64,000 bases of DNA from Eledone cirrhosa (Eukaryota): NCBI GenBank assembly GCA_964016885.1, contig OZ024741.1, positions 34,968,001 through 35,032,000 of the forward strand. Reading direction: 5' to 3'. Below the pieces are notes generated by a model, which saw nothing but the letters and a program-made list of their open reading frames with translations, was not told where the DNA came from and made no database searches. Both the position numbers and the translations under genes were made by a program. Shown here one piece after another: positions 27,832 to 41,900 of this stretch (positions are counted from its first letter, which is position 1; each line of letters starts with the position of its first letter).

Positions 27832-29863
27832 TTCATTTAAATATATATATATATACATTTCATTTAAATATAAATATATTTCATTTAAATATATATATAT
27901 ACATTTCATTTAAATATAAATATATATTTCATTTAAATATACATTTCATTTAAATATATATATATATACATTTCATTTAAATATATATATATATACATTT
28001 CATTTAAATATATATATATATATATACATTTCATTTAAATATATATATATATATATACATTTCATTTAAATATATATATATATACATTTCATTTAAATAT
28101 ATATATATATATATATATACATTTCATTTAAATATATATATATATATATATACATTTCATTTAAATATATATATATATATACATTTCATTTAAATATATA
28201 TATATATATACATTTCATTTAAATATATATATATATATATACATTTCATTTAAATATATATATATATATATATACATTTCATTTAAATATATATATATAT
28301 ACATTTCATTTAAATATATATATATATACATTTCATTTAAATATATATATATATATATATATACATTTCATTTAAATATATATATATATATATACGTTAT
28401 TCCGGTTTGAATCGGAGGAAACCACAGTAAGTAAGGTACTCAATACATTGCAGAGTGTAAAAGTTTTAATATAGATGAGATTCTACAGGACTAGAACTGT
28501 TTCATTCTTTAGAAATCATCAGAGATTCCTGATGATTTCTAAAGAATGAAACAGTTCTAGTCCTGTAGAATCTCATCTATATTAAAACTATATATATATA
28601 TATATATACATTTCATTTAAATATATATATATATATATATATGTATGTATATACTTCATTTTTGTATTTCTTTTGCAAGATTTCTTAAACGTGTGTTGAA
28701 ACAGATAGTGTTATTTTTGGGAGGGTCATGCTGCCAATAAAAACACAAGCACCTGAAACTGAATTCGGAAGACATAAATTATGACCAGTAATGATTCTCT
28801 ACAATAAAATAATTATTTTAATATATATTCTCTTGATGTGTATATCTCTCTATCTTTATCTGCTGCAAGTACTTCACTCACAAATTTTTTATGACTCATT
28901 CCTCGTATTGGAATGTCCTTTGAAGAATTCAAATAAAACTAATATTTGCAATCTTACCCAGCATTCCCCATTGATGCAGATATCAAGTTTGTCAGGAAAA
29001 CACCTGGTGCCATCAATCACCTTTGGTGCACGTTCAGTGTAAAAATTATATCCTTTTGCTAAGCAGTTTAGTGCACATGGCTTTACATGGGCTGCATGAG
29101 AAAAAAACATACAAAAAGAAGACAAAAACAAAAAAATAAACAATCTTGTATCAATGTACAATAAAGAACAGGTTTCAATAATGTTCTATATGGGAGGCTT
29201 GATAGAAACAGTAGACAGCTTCTGTAACCTAGGTGACTGAATTAGCAGTGGAGGTGGGTGTTCTGAAAGTACAGTAACCAGGGTAAGAACAGGATGGAAG
29301 AAGTTCAGGGAGCTATTACCTCTGCTAGCTACAAAAGGCTTTTTACTCAAAATGAAAGGCAGACTGTATGATGCGTGCATACGAGCAGCAATATTGCATG
29401 GTAGTGAGACCTGGGCGCTGTGTGAAGAAGACTTGCATAGATTAGAAGTCGATGGAAGCCTTGGAGTGGGGAGACCCAAGAAGACCTGGGATGAGGTGAT
29501 AAAAGCTAATCTTGCCCAATTGCACCTCTCCAAGGTGATGACACAGGACCAAGACCTCTGGCATTACGGAGTTATACAGAAGACCTGACTTCCCACAGGT
29601 ACAACCCGAAGCTGAAGCATATAGACGGTATGTCCCCACCCCCACCTACTGTAAATTGGTTGTGTAGGCGCCACGGTAAAAAGCACCCAGTATTCACTGT
29701 AAATGAGGTTGGTGTTAAGAAGGGCATCCAGCTGTAGAAATCAAGCCAAAATCAGTTCTGTATGAGCAAGACAAGGTCACCTGACCTGGCATTGCCTACA
29801 ACAGGATAACCCGTCTAACCCATGCTAGCGTGGAAGAATGGACGGAAAATGGTGTGTGTGTGT

Positions 29864-29908
<45 letters not shown>

Positions 29909-32900
29909 CTTTTTATACAGAACTTTTTTTCCATCTCAGGTAGACGCGCTCCATCATCCACTTTTCTAAAAATCATACTCAAAACGCCAGCATCAGCAGT
30001 TTTCCAAGAGATGTCAACATGAATGGACCTGCTATTTTTATCTAAAGACATTTTTCCCAATTCCACCCTTCAATCTATTTTATTTCTCATTAGCATCCAG
30101 AACATTAAGATCCTCTTCCTGCTATTGCAAGCGTTAACCTAGTATATTCCTTCCATATACTGTACTGATTGTGTTGTTATTTCTGTTTACCTTTTACATA
30201 TATATATATATCATTGTCATTGTTTAACATCGGATTGGCAGTGGCGGTAGAGGGTCGGTCGCCATGCTTTCCAGCATTGTTACGTCCCTTTACGATCTGA
30301 GTTCAAATCCCGCTGAGGTTGACTTTGCCTTTCATCCTTACAGGGTCGATAAAATAAAGTACCAGTAACACACTGGGTAATTGCTGGCCTTGTGCCTAAA
30401 GTAGAAACAATTATCATTGTTTAACATCCATTTTTACATGTTTGCATGAGCTAGATGGGTTGTCACGTTATGAGATATGTCAGGTCTGGAGACCAACATG
30501 CTTATACAGATCTGTATTTTGACTTGGTTTCTATGGTTGGATGCCTTTTCTAACTCAAACCCCATTAGTGTTGACTGGGTGCTTTTTCTCGTGTCACCAA
30601 CATGACTATCTTACAGGATGGACCTGGTGCTTTTGTTGTTGCAGCACTGGATCAACATACAGTGTGGACTTTGTGCTTTTTGTTGTGGCAACGACATTGT
30701 GGGAAATCCGATGTTGTGTGTTTCCAGCTTTCATGCATGGGTTGGGCAGGTGATGTGTAATAGGGGTGAAGGTTTGGGGAGGGGGTCAGGTAAGCAAGTT
30801 CAACATTAATGAGATGCATGGGATATTTAGCAGGGGAAGGTGGGCTATTATGACTGAGAAGAGTAAATGGAGAGGGGTGGAGAGAGGATTGGTGCAGACT
30901 AGTGTAGCCTCTACATGTTTGTTTCATTTCATTTTGTGCACATGACATGTGGGTCTTCTGCAGTACAGCATGATGCCAAAGATCTCAATACTGTGTCATC
31001 TCCTTTGTAGGGTTTAATTGGACAAGGTCAGCTTTTATCACTTCATCCCTAACTTTCCTAGGTCTTCCTATTCCAATATAGCCATAGGGTTTATATGAAA
31101 GCATATACAATATGTTTATGTATGATAAACATATGAGAGTCTCACTAAATGTTTTAAAAACAGTGATCATGTCACGGTTATCTCAGTAGTGGTGAGAATG
31201 CCAGGCAGCTATTTCTGAATTTTTATCCATCATTAGTGACATTTACTCACTTGCAACTGAGACAAAGTAGGCTAAAACCCATATGGTTTTGCATATGAAA
31301 CTGGCTGGATATGCTCATTTGCATATAATGCAAACGTGACTGACAGGAAGATAATTAGAAGTGACATTAACACAGCACGATTCACCATAGGGTTTATATG
31401 ACAGCATATATGATATGTACATAAATAAAAATGTATATATAGAGAGAATGGACTGTTTCAACTACAGTTCAAGTACAATCAAACACATAAACAAAAAAAT
31501 AAAACTCCCCAAAAGACCTGTTATATGATTGGTCACACTTTAGTTAGGTAACAAGAAAAGGATGCATTTAAAATCAAAGAAGAAACAGAACTTACAGCCT
31601 GTAAATGGTTTCCATGTGTAGTAACGACCACGGAATGGTACACTGTTGTAAGAGGTACACTGGATTTCTCGAAAGTCTGTTTCACCAGCAGGACAATCCT
31701 GTAAGTCAAATTGAATGTAAATATTAGATGAAAAATGTAACTTCTTAAAGACTAATACATATGTCCTTTGTAAAACATTAGGTGGATACTGCCCCATGAT
31801 CCCCATGAACAGAATCATGAATGTGTAACCCAGAGGGTATTAAGGAAAATTTGCTGAAAAAAGCAAGTCCAATTTATGGGGCATGTTCTTACAAATAGCT
31901 ATCTCTCTCCTGATCACAGTAAGTAGGATAGTGGTTTAGGGACCTAAGATGCTAGGTGTTTCAAACTGCTTTGGGTTTGATAATATACTCATTAGAGAGC
32001 AGCTGGTACTTTGAGAGCTTGCAATCTTCATCTTATTAAGTGAACAGAGTTTGAATTTGAAGCCTAATTCACCAGTTTGTTGCTGGAGAAAGTAATACTG
32101 CAGGTCACATCCCAGATGAAGGTCTTACCACTTCAGAAAAGAAAGGTTATTATGCCATTCAACCTTTTGATATCCTCGCAATCAAACACTACCATTTCCT
32201 GTTGTGATGTGAATCCTACACTCAAGCCATTGATTGCTGCATGCCATGGAAGGTGGTCAACATTCAGGTAACATGACCGAGGGTGAATGCACATTGCAAT
32301 TTGCTAATCTTCTTCCATACTTATTTCTAATTTTATATTGTTTCTGTCATATTTCCAATGAGACAGTCTCTGGTTCACAGCATTGGGAGAACTTCTAAGA
32401 CTTTACTAGCAAGAAGTTTCAAATTGGAGTACATACAAAATGTTGCTCATGGCTAAGGTGTGTCTACTTTTGGCTTATGTGGTTACTCAGCTTGCAAGAA
32501 ATAGCAGTCTCAGTTGTTGCTAATAATAATAAACATACAGAAAATGAAAGTACAACTTACATGTGTGTTACAAGAACGATACTTCTTTCTCCTTCCAATA
32601 CAATATCTCCCACCATGTTTTGGCCTGTGTATAAATTGTGAGAAAATTCATGGTTGTGGTGAATATTTGACTAGAAAAAATATGCATGATACATGTACAT
32701 GGACTGTATTGACAACATACAACACAGTGTCCTGTTATAGAAGTATTGACAGAAATTTGACATGACTAAATACATAACATTTCTTGACATGACTACATCA
32801 GGAATGAAGAGACCATGGAAAGGAAAAGAGATGAATGGCCTACAAGATACCATCATCATAAAATGGCAGCAGATGCATGACTACATGCTACACATACCAA

Positions 32901-35900
32901 CAAAGAGAACCAGTGAGAGCCCTTCTTTAGTGGAAAGCCAGAAGAGAGAGAGAGAGTATAAGGAAGCAATGCAGACCACTCAGGACCTAGGTGGGAGCCT
33001 GGTGGACATGGACCAAGCATGGGAGCAGGCTCATGACAGGTTTCAGGACCATGCTGGGAGGAGTTCTCTCATTACTCAATGCTCCATAGGGAGCAGGAAG
33101 AACTAACTAATAAATTAAATAAAATTTACATAAAATGATCACCAGCTATTGTATTGAAAACTGATATAAGACGTAAGAGACACAGCTCTATAAATCATGC
33201 TGGTTAAAGTTAGTTACAACAGGGTAAATCTCAGAAGGTACACGCCAATGACAACTTTCTATATGGTCACTTAACCCTTTAGTTACCAATCTGGTCAAAA
33301 CTGGCTCCAGTTCTATGAAATAAAATCACCCATTTTAAAGGTTTCCAATTTGTATTAAAATCTTCCAACATAATTTTATATAAGAACCTTACATTAAGTT
33401 ACTATCTTAGTAATGTAGGTAATTGTTATGTCCCTTTACATTCTGAGTTCAAATCGCACTGAGGTTAGCTTTGCCTTTCGTCCTTATGGATTTGATAAAA
33501 TAAAGTACCAGTAACACACTGGGGTTGATTCAATTGACTTTCCTCTACCCCCAAAATTGTTGGCCTAGTACCTAAATCAGAAACTATTATTATTAGAGCA
33601 GAGGATTGGCAGAATTGTTAATGCATCAGAGAGAATGGTGTGTTGTTTTTGTTCCAGCTCTTTATAGAAATCTTGGCAATATCGATAGAGTGTCAGACAA
33701 CATGCTTTGCAGCATAGCGTTATGGTCCTTTACGTTCTGAGTTCAAATTTCGCTAAGGTTATCTTTGCCTTTCATCGATAAAATAAAGCACCAGTAATGT
33801 ACTGGGGTCGATTTAATCGACTTTCTCTTCCTCCAAAAATTGCTGGCTTTGTACCTATAGTAGAAATCATTATTACTAAAGTTCCTATTTGTAACACTAT
33901 ACTTACTTTGGGTTATTACAATGTTTCTCACTTGATTCAACACCACCATTACACATACGAGAACAATTAGTCCAAGATGTCCACTCACTCCAGCCACCAT
34001 TGACACTTTGAGGCTGGAAGTCTTCTTTCACACACTGTCCTCGGTAACAGTACTGTCTCAAAAAGAAGGCAAAGAATAAAGACACAATTTTAGCATTTGT
34101 TTTAATTGTGGAAATTTGGAGGGTCTACATAAGAGGGTTGACTGAAACGTTCATAAGCTGGCTATGAAGAAGTGATGCTCATGCTGTGAAATCTTGCATG
34201 CATTAATTTCAACTCTATTTATTAATAACTGCATTGTTTCTTTCCAGGGACTATGTTAAAAAATAAACCTCATTTGATCATTCCATGAAAGTATCTTGGT
34301 CAGTCTATTAACTTTTCAGCTGACCCTCATATATGCATGCATACATATATACATAATGGCTGCAACTCAATTTCAAGTAATGCCATTGCTTTATACTTAA
34401 GCAGGAGTATCACTAGGGACTTGCCTATGGCCAGCAGTACCATGTATTGCAAAAAATGTCACATATCAAGCTATACCTTTGCTGGAAGCTTTGGTGTTAG
34501 GAGATATTTGACATTCATTAACTTAACATTACCCAACAGAATACTATTGCATTTATCCTTGACAACATACATCTATGTACAATAGTACTTTCAAAGAGAT
34601 AATTATCAACAACTATATTAATTCTTAACATCCTGTACCACATGAAACTGCATTAGCAGGACATTCTTGAAAAGTACAAATAGCACTATGACTACAACAA
34701 ATTGAAAATTAGCCCTTACTTCAAATTTTCACAACAATCTGTCCACTAGTAAAGATACTATATAAACCTTTGGATTAACAAACCCATTTTTGTTTTAGAT
34801 ATTTTCAGTTAAATCATTATAGGATTTTAAAAGTTAACTGTTCATGTCCTGTACCACATGAAACTGCATTAGTATGATATTCTTGAAAAGTACAAAACAG
34901 CCATATGACTGCATTACATTAAAAATTAAAGCCTTTACTCCAGTTTACTGCAAATTTTCATAACTTGTCCACTAGTAAATATACGATAAACATTTAAATA
35001 AACAAACCCATTTTTAGATATTTTGTTTTAACCCTTTAGCATTCATATTCATCTATATATACTATTATATTTTCATGGTAAAGGCTTTACCTCACATAAT
35101 TATCTCACATAATATCGAATCTATGAGATTTTTGAAAATATTTATTTTGAGAAGAATACCTTAACGTCAGTTTCAGCAACCGGTTACAGCCAGTTTCAAC
35201 AGAAAAAGTGGAGAATTCTGGCCGGTTTGAACATTAAAGGGTTAAATCAATACAAATTAAAGATGCATTTATCGTTAAATATCCAGTTCATATATGATTA
35301 TGATTATAATGGTGATTGTGATGATGATTAAACCAAAGCAAAACATCATCAACATCATCATTAACATCAACATTGCTTTTAAGTTGATTTTTCCATGCTG
35401 ACATAGGTTCAACAGGACTTTTTAAGGCAATGTGTTATTGCCAGATGCCCTTCTTTATATACACGGCCTTGTTGGTACAATAGATTAATCATACAGATGG
35501 AGGCACATGGCTTAGTGGTTAGAGCATTGGCCTTGCAATCGAAAGGTTGTGAGTTCAATTCTCAGACCGGGTGATGTGTTGTTTCCTTGAGCAAGGCACT
35601 TTATTTCACATTGCTCCAGTTTACTCAGCTGTAGAAATAAGATGATAGGGACTGGGCTCCCTATCATTCCACTGCAAAGTGGTCGTGGAGGTGCCACGGC
35701 AAAAAAGCACCCAGCACTCACTGTAAATGAGGTTGGTGTTAGGAAGGGCATCCAGCAAAAGAAATCAAGCCAGAATCGGTTCCCGTCCCACCCTTGCAAG
35801 CAGGGAAAAGTGGACGTAAAATGAAATGATGATGATGATACTCACCCCTTTCTTCCGTCTGCGTGGCATTTGACATTCAGAACCATCAGCAGCAGGTATA

Positions 35901-38900
35901 CCATTGGTGACACATTTCCCACTTGAGTTCAGACACCATAGTTGTTGACAAATTTCCTAAAAACAGAAGAAAACAGCAAAAATTTAGTAAAAAAAAAAAA
36001 AAAAGAATAATTAAATTCACACAATACCCTAAGTAAATTACTCGAGAAATTTGGGATTGTCTTAATGTTTGTTCATATATATATATATCATCATCATCAT
36101 CGTTTTATGTCCATTCTTCCATGCTAACATGGGTTAGATGAGTTATCCTGTTGTGGACAATGCCAGGTCAGGTGCATATATATATACACATTAGTAGAAT
36201 TGTCAGAATACACATAACATCTCAATGAAAAGAGATAGCTAAAATAATCTCATTCAGAGAAGCAAATACATATAGAACATCTTACACAAAATCATAGACG
36301 GGTAGATTAATCATCTGAATAGAAGTTCATTCTGTTAACAGAAATTGAAAAGCTATCCCTTATTCTTTGGACTTTGAAACTGCAGTCAGAATAACATTTT
36401 TTTGTCCCCAGGGAGAGAGGCTTCTACAGTAATCTACCCCTCTGCAATTTTGTATGAGACATTTTAAATGTGTGTGTGTATTTCATTTCATTTCATTTTA
36501 CTCCGCTTTTTCCCTGCTTGCAAGGGTGGGACGGGAACTGATTCTGGCTTGATTTCTACAGCTGGATGCCCTTCCTAACACCAACCTCATTTACAGTGAG
36601 TGCTGGGTGCTTTTTTGCCGTGGCACCTCCACGTCCACTTTGCAGTGGAATGATATGGACTCCAGTCCCTATCATCTTATTTCTACAGCTGAGTAAACTG
36701 GAGCAATGTGAAATAAAGTGTCTTGCTCAAGGAAACAACACATCACCCGGTCTGAGAATTGAACTCACAACCTTTCGATTGCAAGGCCAATGCTCGAACC
36801 ACTAAGCCATATATATATATATATATATATATCAAGTAAGTATGTTTTGAAACAGTGAGCAGGTTTGAAATTAGAAAATAGAATAGCTTTCATCGTATTT
36901 TTGATTAAAGGAATTTTAGCCTGATAATGGGGTTTAGAACCCTCAGATAAATGGAAAAAGATGAGTATTGACATACATGGGAGTCGAACCCACATCTTTG
37001 GTTATCGCGACCACTGTGCTTTTTCCATTTATCTGAGGGTTCTAAGCCCCATTATCAGGCTAAAATTCCTTTAGTCAAAAATAATCTGAAAGCTATTCTA
37101 TTTTCTAATTTCAAACCTGCTCACTGTTTCAAAACATACTTACTTGCCATTTAAACTCGCTAAGAATGTAGTTTCTAATTTGAATGGAAAGAGATGGGTG
37201 ATGTGTTGGTGTAATGGTAGCACAGTGGTCGTAATAACCAAAGATGTGGGTTCGACTCCCATGTACGTCAATACTCATCTTTTTCCATTTATCTGAGGGT
37301 TCTAAACCCCATTATCAGGCTAAAATTCCTTTAGTCAAAAATACGGTGAAAGATATATATATATATATGAAAAATGGCGAGCTGTGTTGTTGCAAATATT
37401 TTATATATAAGAAAATGAAGAATTAGAAATAGAAGCCAGGACTATCCATCATCAGTGGTCTACTAGCCATCATAGGTATTTCTTCGCATTACAGACCATA
37501 TAGCTCCAGCTAGGGCAATACAATAACTAAAATAAGTTATTGGGATAAAAACAATTGGGTGGAGAAAGAGAGACAGGTAAACGAACACGAATGGTGAGGC
37601 AACGTAAAGAGAGGAAAAAATGAGAATATCAAGTCAATGATTCATTTTGAATATAAGAACTTGCGAATATTGATGAGAAGGCAAAGACACATCTTTGCCG
37701 TGTGAATGTGAGCGAGGAAAGAATTTTGTACAGTGTGGGACGATGGAGTGAGAGAGAGGGTGAGTGAAAGTGTGAGGAAGAGGCTAGTCGAGAGAGGGTG
37801 ACTAGCAGAGGGGGTGAGTGAAAGTAAGAGGGAGAAGGATAGCGAAGGGGGAGAGAGAAAGAGGATAGCAGTAAGAGAAGAGAAAAAGACAGGTCATAGC
37901 GAAGGGGAAAGCATATATGAATGAAAAATAGCGAGCTGTGTTGTTGCAAATATGATATATATAATAAAATGAAGAATTAGAAATAGAAGCCAGGACTATC
38001 CATCATCAGTGGTCTACTAGCCATCATAGGTATTTCTTTGCATTACAGATCATATAGAGAAGACCCGCCTTACCTAAGTACAAAGTGAAACCTACTACAG
38101 TCAGTAGGCACCTCTAACAAAATACACCCCCGTTCCACTACCCCCACCCCATCCACACCACCCCTTTCAATGTAAAGTTATGTTGGTACCACAACATCCA
38201 GTCCAAAACAAATGAGGTCGTGTAGGTGTCACGACAAAAAAAACACAGAGTCCACGCTGTAATGTGGCCGTGTAGGTAACACAGTAAAAACCTCCCAGTC
38301 CCACACTGTAAATGTGGTTGGTGTTAGAAGGGCATCCAGCCGTAGAAAACCCACCAGACAGTCCTATGCGAGCAGGACAACCACTCTTGCCTCAAGTGGG
38401 AAAACTCCCGTCCAAACCCATGCAAGCGTGGAATATGGACGTTAAACGATGATGATGATGATGATGATGATACTTCCGGCTAGGGCAATACAATAACTAA
38501 ATTAAGTTATTGGGATCTTACTGCTATCCTCTTTCTCTCTCCCCCTTCTCTCTCGGCTAGCCTCTTCCTCACACTTTCACTCACTCACTCTCTGCTACTC
38601 ACCCTCTCTCTCACTCCATCGTCCCACACAATACAAAATTCTTTCCTCACTCACATTCGCACTGTTAAGATGTGTCTTTGCCTTCTCATCAATATTCGCA
38701 AGTTCTTATGTTCAAATGAATCTTTGACTTGATATTCTCATTTTTTCCTCTCTTTACGTTGCCTCACCATTCGTGTTTGTTTACCTGTCTCTCTTTCTCC
38801 ACCCAATTCTTTTTATCCCAATAACTTAATTTAGTTATTGTATTGCCCTAGCCGGAGCTATATGGTCTGTAATGCAAAAAAATACCTATGATGGCTAGTA

Positions 38901-41900
38901 GATCACTGATGATGGATAGTCCTGGCTTCTATTTTTCTCTCTCTCTATATATATATATGGGGGTTATCTCAGTGTTAATACAGTATCTTACCAGAGGCTT
39001 GCATTCTGTTGACATGGAAAAGAACTGAAGTTTACACTGCTCATCCACATTATGATTTCTCCCAGGTAACTCATCAGTGAACTCAAAATCTTTTTCTTTT
39101 GGAGCATCTTCTAGACAATAACCTCGTCTTGAGCTGTAATGAAGAATTTCAGAATTTAGATACACAGTGCTTTGGAAAATGATGAGATGATCATGGTTGA
39201 AATGCCTGTGATAATAGATTTACTTGTTATTTAGTCTAGGGCTAAATAACAACAACAATTAAAGCTGGATGTAATTTTAACACTTTTACTATCAGAATAA
39301 AATTTTAGCTCTTGATTCCAAACCACTTGAAACTACCCTCTGTTATACAATACTAAGTTCTTTATTTTAAAGTGTTTATATTTATCTAAAAGTTTTACAT
39401 CATAATTCTATGTAAATATCTGTACTAAGTTATATTCCGAACACCTGCTTAACCCATTTGATACAGGCTACTTAAAACAACGCCCAATTCTATTATCCTA
39501 AGCTGTACATTTTAAAATATATATATTTATCTAAAACCCTTCCATTATAATTATATGTAAGAGGGCGGTGGATTGGCAGTATCAGTAGAGGGTCGGACAC
39601 CATGCTTTCCAGCATAGTTACGACCTTTATGATCTGAGTTCAAATCCCGCCGAGGTTGACTTTGCCTTTCATCCTTACGGGGTCGATAAAATAAAGTACC
39701 AGTAATGCACTGGGTAATTGCTGGCTTTGTGTCTAAAGTAGAAACAATTATAATTATATGTAAGAACATTTCTTAAGTTATGCTCCAAACACCAGTTTGA
39801 TAATGAGAAAATTTACTATATTACTAAATCCCTCCAAATTATTGATTATTTTCAAAATTATTTGAAAACCATCGACAGTGTCTTTTTTTTAGAAAAATGG
39901 TAACGAATGGGTTAATGGGAATCAATAAGCTCCACATCTCTTCCTCCTTTCCATTCTAATTAGAATTTTAATGTTCATCATCATCATTTTACATCTACCT
40001 TCCATCTTGCTCATTAGTTCTAATTATGGCATGGTCTCTACAGCTGATTCCCTTCCCAACACCAACCACTTGACAGTATACTGGATGTATTTTTTCATAG
40101 CATTATCACCAGAAAGTTTGTCAAGGCTTTGACATGATTAAAGCATCCCTTCTACCCTATTTTTTCTCTTTTATAACTGAGCACTTTAAAAACTAAGGTA
40201 AATTACTCCAGTGTATCCTCATACAAATCCTTACATGAAGATCTCCTGTACTACAAAACCAATGCATTATTCAAGACTATTTAATGAAATAAGTAAAGGA
40301 CTAATTAAGATTGTATTCCCAAACAGATGACTAATCTGGTAATTACAGCAATAATGAAAGGTTTACTCAAGAAAGTTGGTTATATATTCTCGACTACAGC
40401 TTGACCAAAGAAATGGTGTTGTCTCCTTTGTAAGGTGGGCTGCCATGATCTTGGCTCTTTCATGTCCTGGTGTGCCACATAAATTTCCAGCACCATCATG
40501 TTGCATTCCAAAACTGAAAAATGTTAAACATATACACAATTTAAACATATGTAAATACACACACTCACAAATACATACATATTTGCAAATATAAATACAT
40601 ACATACAAGTACAAATGCATACATTCCATCATACATATATACACTCATCCGATGAGAAATATACATGCATTTAGATACCCTGCCCAATATGCAAAGTAGT
40701 TGTTATGGTGCCATGATAAAATGGTGCTAGTACATTCTGTAAAGTGATTGGTATTAGGAAGAGCATCCAACCAAAGAAACTATGTGAAAATGGAATGTAT
40801 GAACATGGCACGGTCTTCAGATAAGTCTAGTCTTGAAACTTGACAACCTGTCTTGTCTCAGAATATGACAACCAGTCTAACCCATACTAGCATGGAAAAG
40901 CAAGTAAAACAATGATGATGATCCTGATGATATATGTGAAATCATCATTTAAGTTTGTTTGTCCATAACAGATCAAGTCATACTTAATCAAAGCTACTGT
41001 CTTCCTCGACAAATAGAGTTACTACATCTTGCTCAAATATGTTTTATTTTGGCTTGGTTTTTATGGGTGGATGCCCCTCCTTATGCCAACCACTTTGCAG
41101 AGTGCACTGGGTAAATTTTATTGTAGCACCAATATTAGAGTGGTTGTCATGTCCTCTACATCTATATATATTCATAATTTTTAGCCAACTAGGATAAAAA
41201 CTGCCTTCAGTCATTCATAAGTAACCATGGGATTTGCATCTAGAAAGTTGCCCTCCAAAGCACAAGTCCGGGCAAGGTTGTTTGTGGAAGACCAGCAGTC
41301 ACCCATGCATACTAGTCTTCCCTCTCCACATCACCGATGTTGCCCAAAGGAAAGGCTAAAGCTGATACAGCTTGGCTCTAGTGACGTCGAAACCCATTTT
41401 TACAGCTGAGTAAACTGAAGCAACGTGAAATAAAGTGTCTTGCTCAAGAACACAACACAGCCCAATCTTGGAATGAAACTCACAACTTCATTATTGTTAG
41501 CAGGTGCTTTAACCACTAAGCCACATGCCTTCACTTAACCAACTAAATGCTGGTTAAATAGATATTTGATAAAATCAATCTGTTTTGAGTTAATAAGCAC
41601 TAAAAAACAATAAACAAATGTTGGTTCTCTGTAAGTATTCACCTACTTGTGGCCAATTTCATGGGCAATGGTATAAGCTGAAGCAAGCCCAATATCTTCA
41701 TTTATGCTGCAACTTCTCTCATCTTCACACATTCCTGCAACTGGGGCCAAACCTGAATTAAAATACAATGATTTATAGACATTTTGTCAGAAAAAAAATT
41801 AAATTGGATGTCTTAAATCTGGGATTCTATATCTGCCTTGTACTATTATTTTTGGTTTTAGACTTTATATTACATGAAATGTGTGGTGAATTGGTGAGCC

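Noticed and set aside
27770-28394. Constant repeat with variable spacers resembling a CRISPR array
   Set aside because: Spacers are only (TA)n of varying length, the context is eukaryotic, and no cas genes are present.
37199-37271. Possible tRNA gene
   Set aside because: The anticodon loop lacks U33 and differs between the two copies, the acceptor stem has several G-U pairs, and it lies within a repeat; treated as a SINE-like head.
38848-38921. Possible permuted hammerhead (ctagcc-GGAG-ctata-tggtct...agatca-CTGATGA-tggatag)
   Set aside because: The required GAAA is absent in the copies seen; only half of the core is supported.
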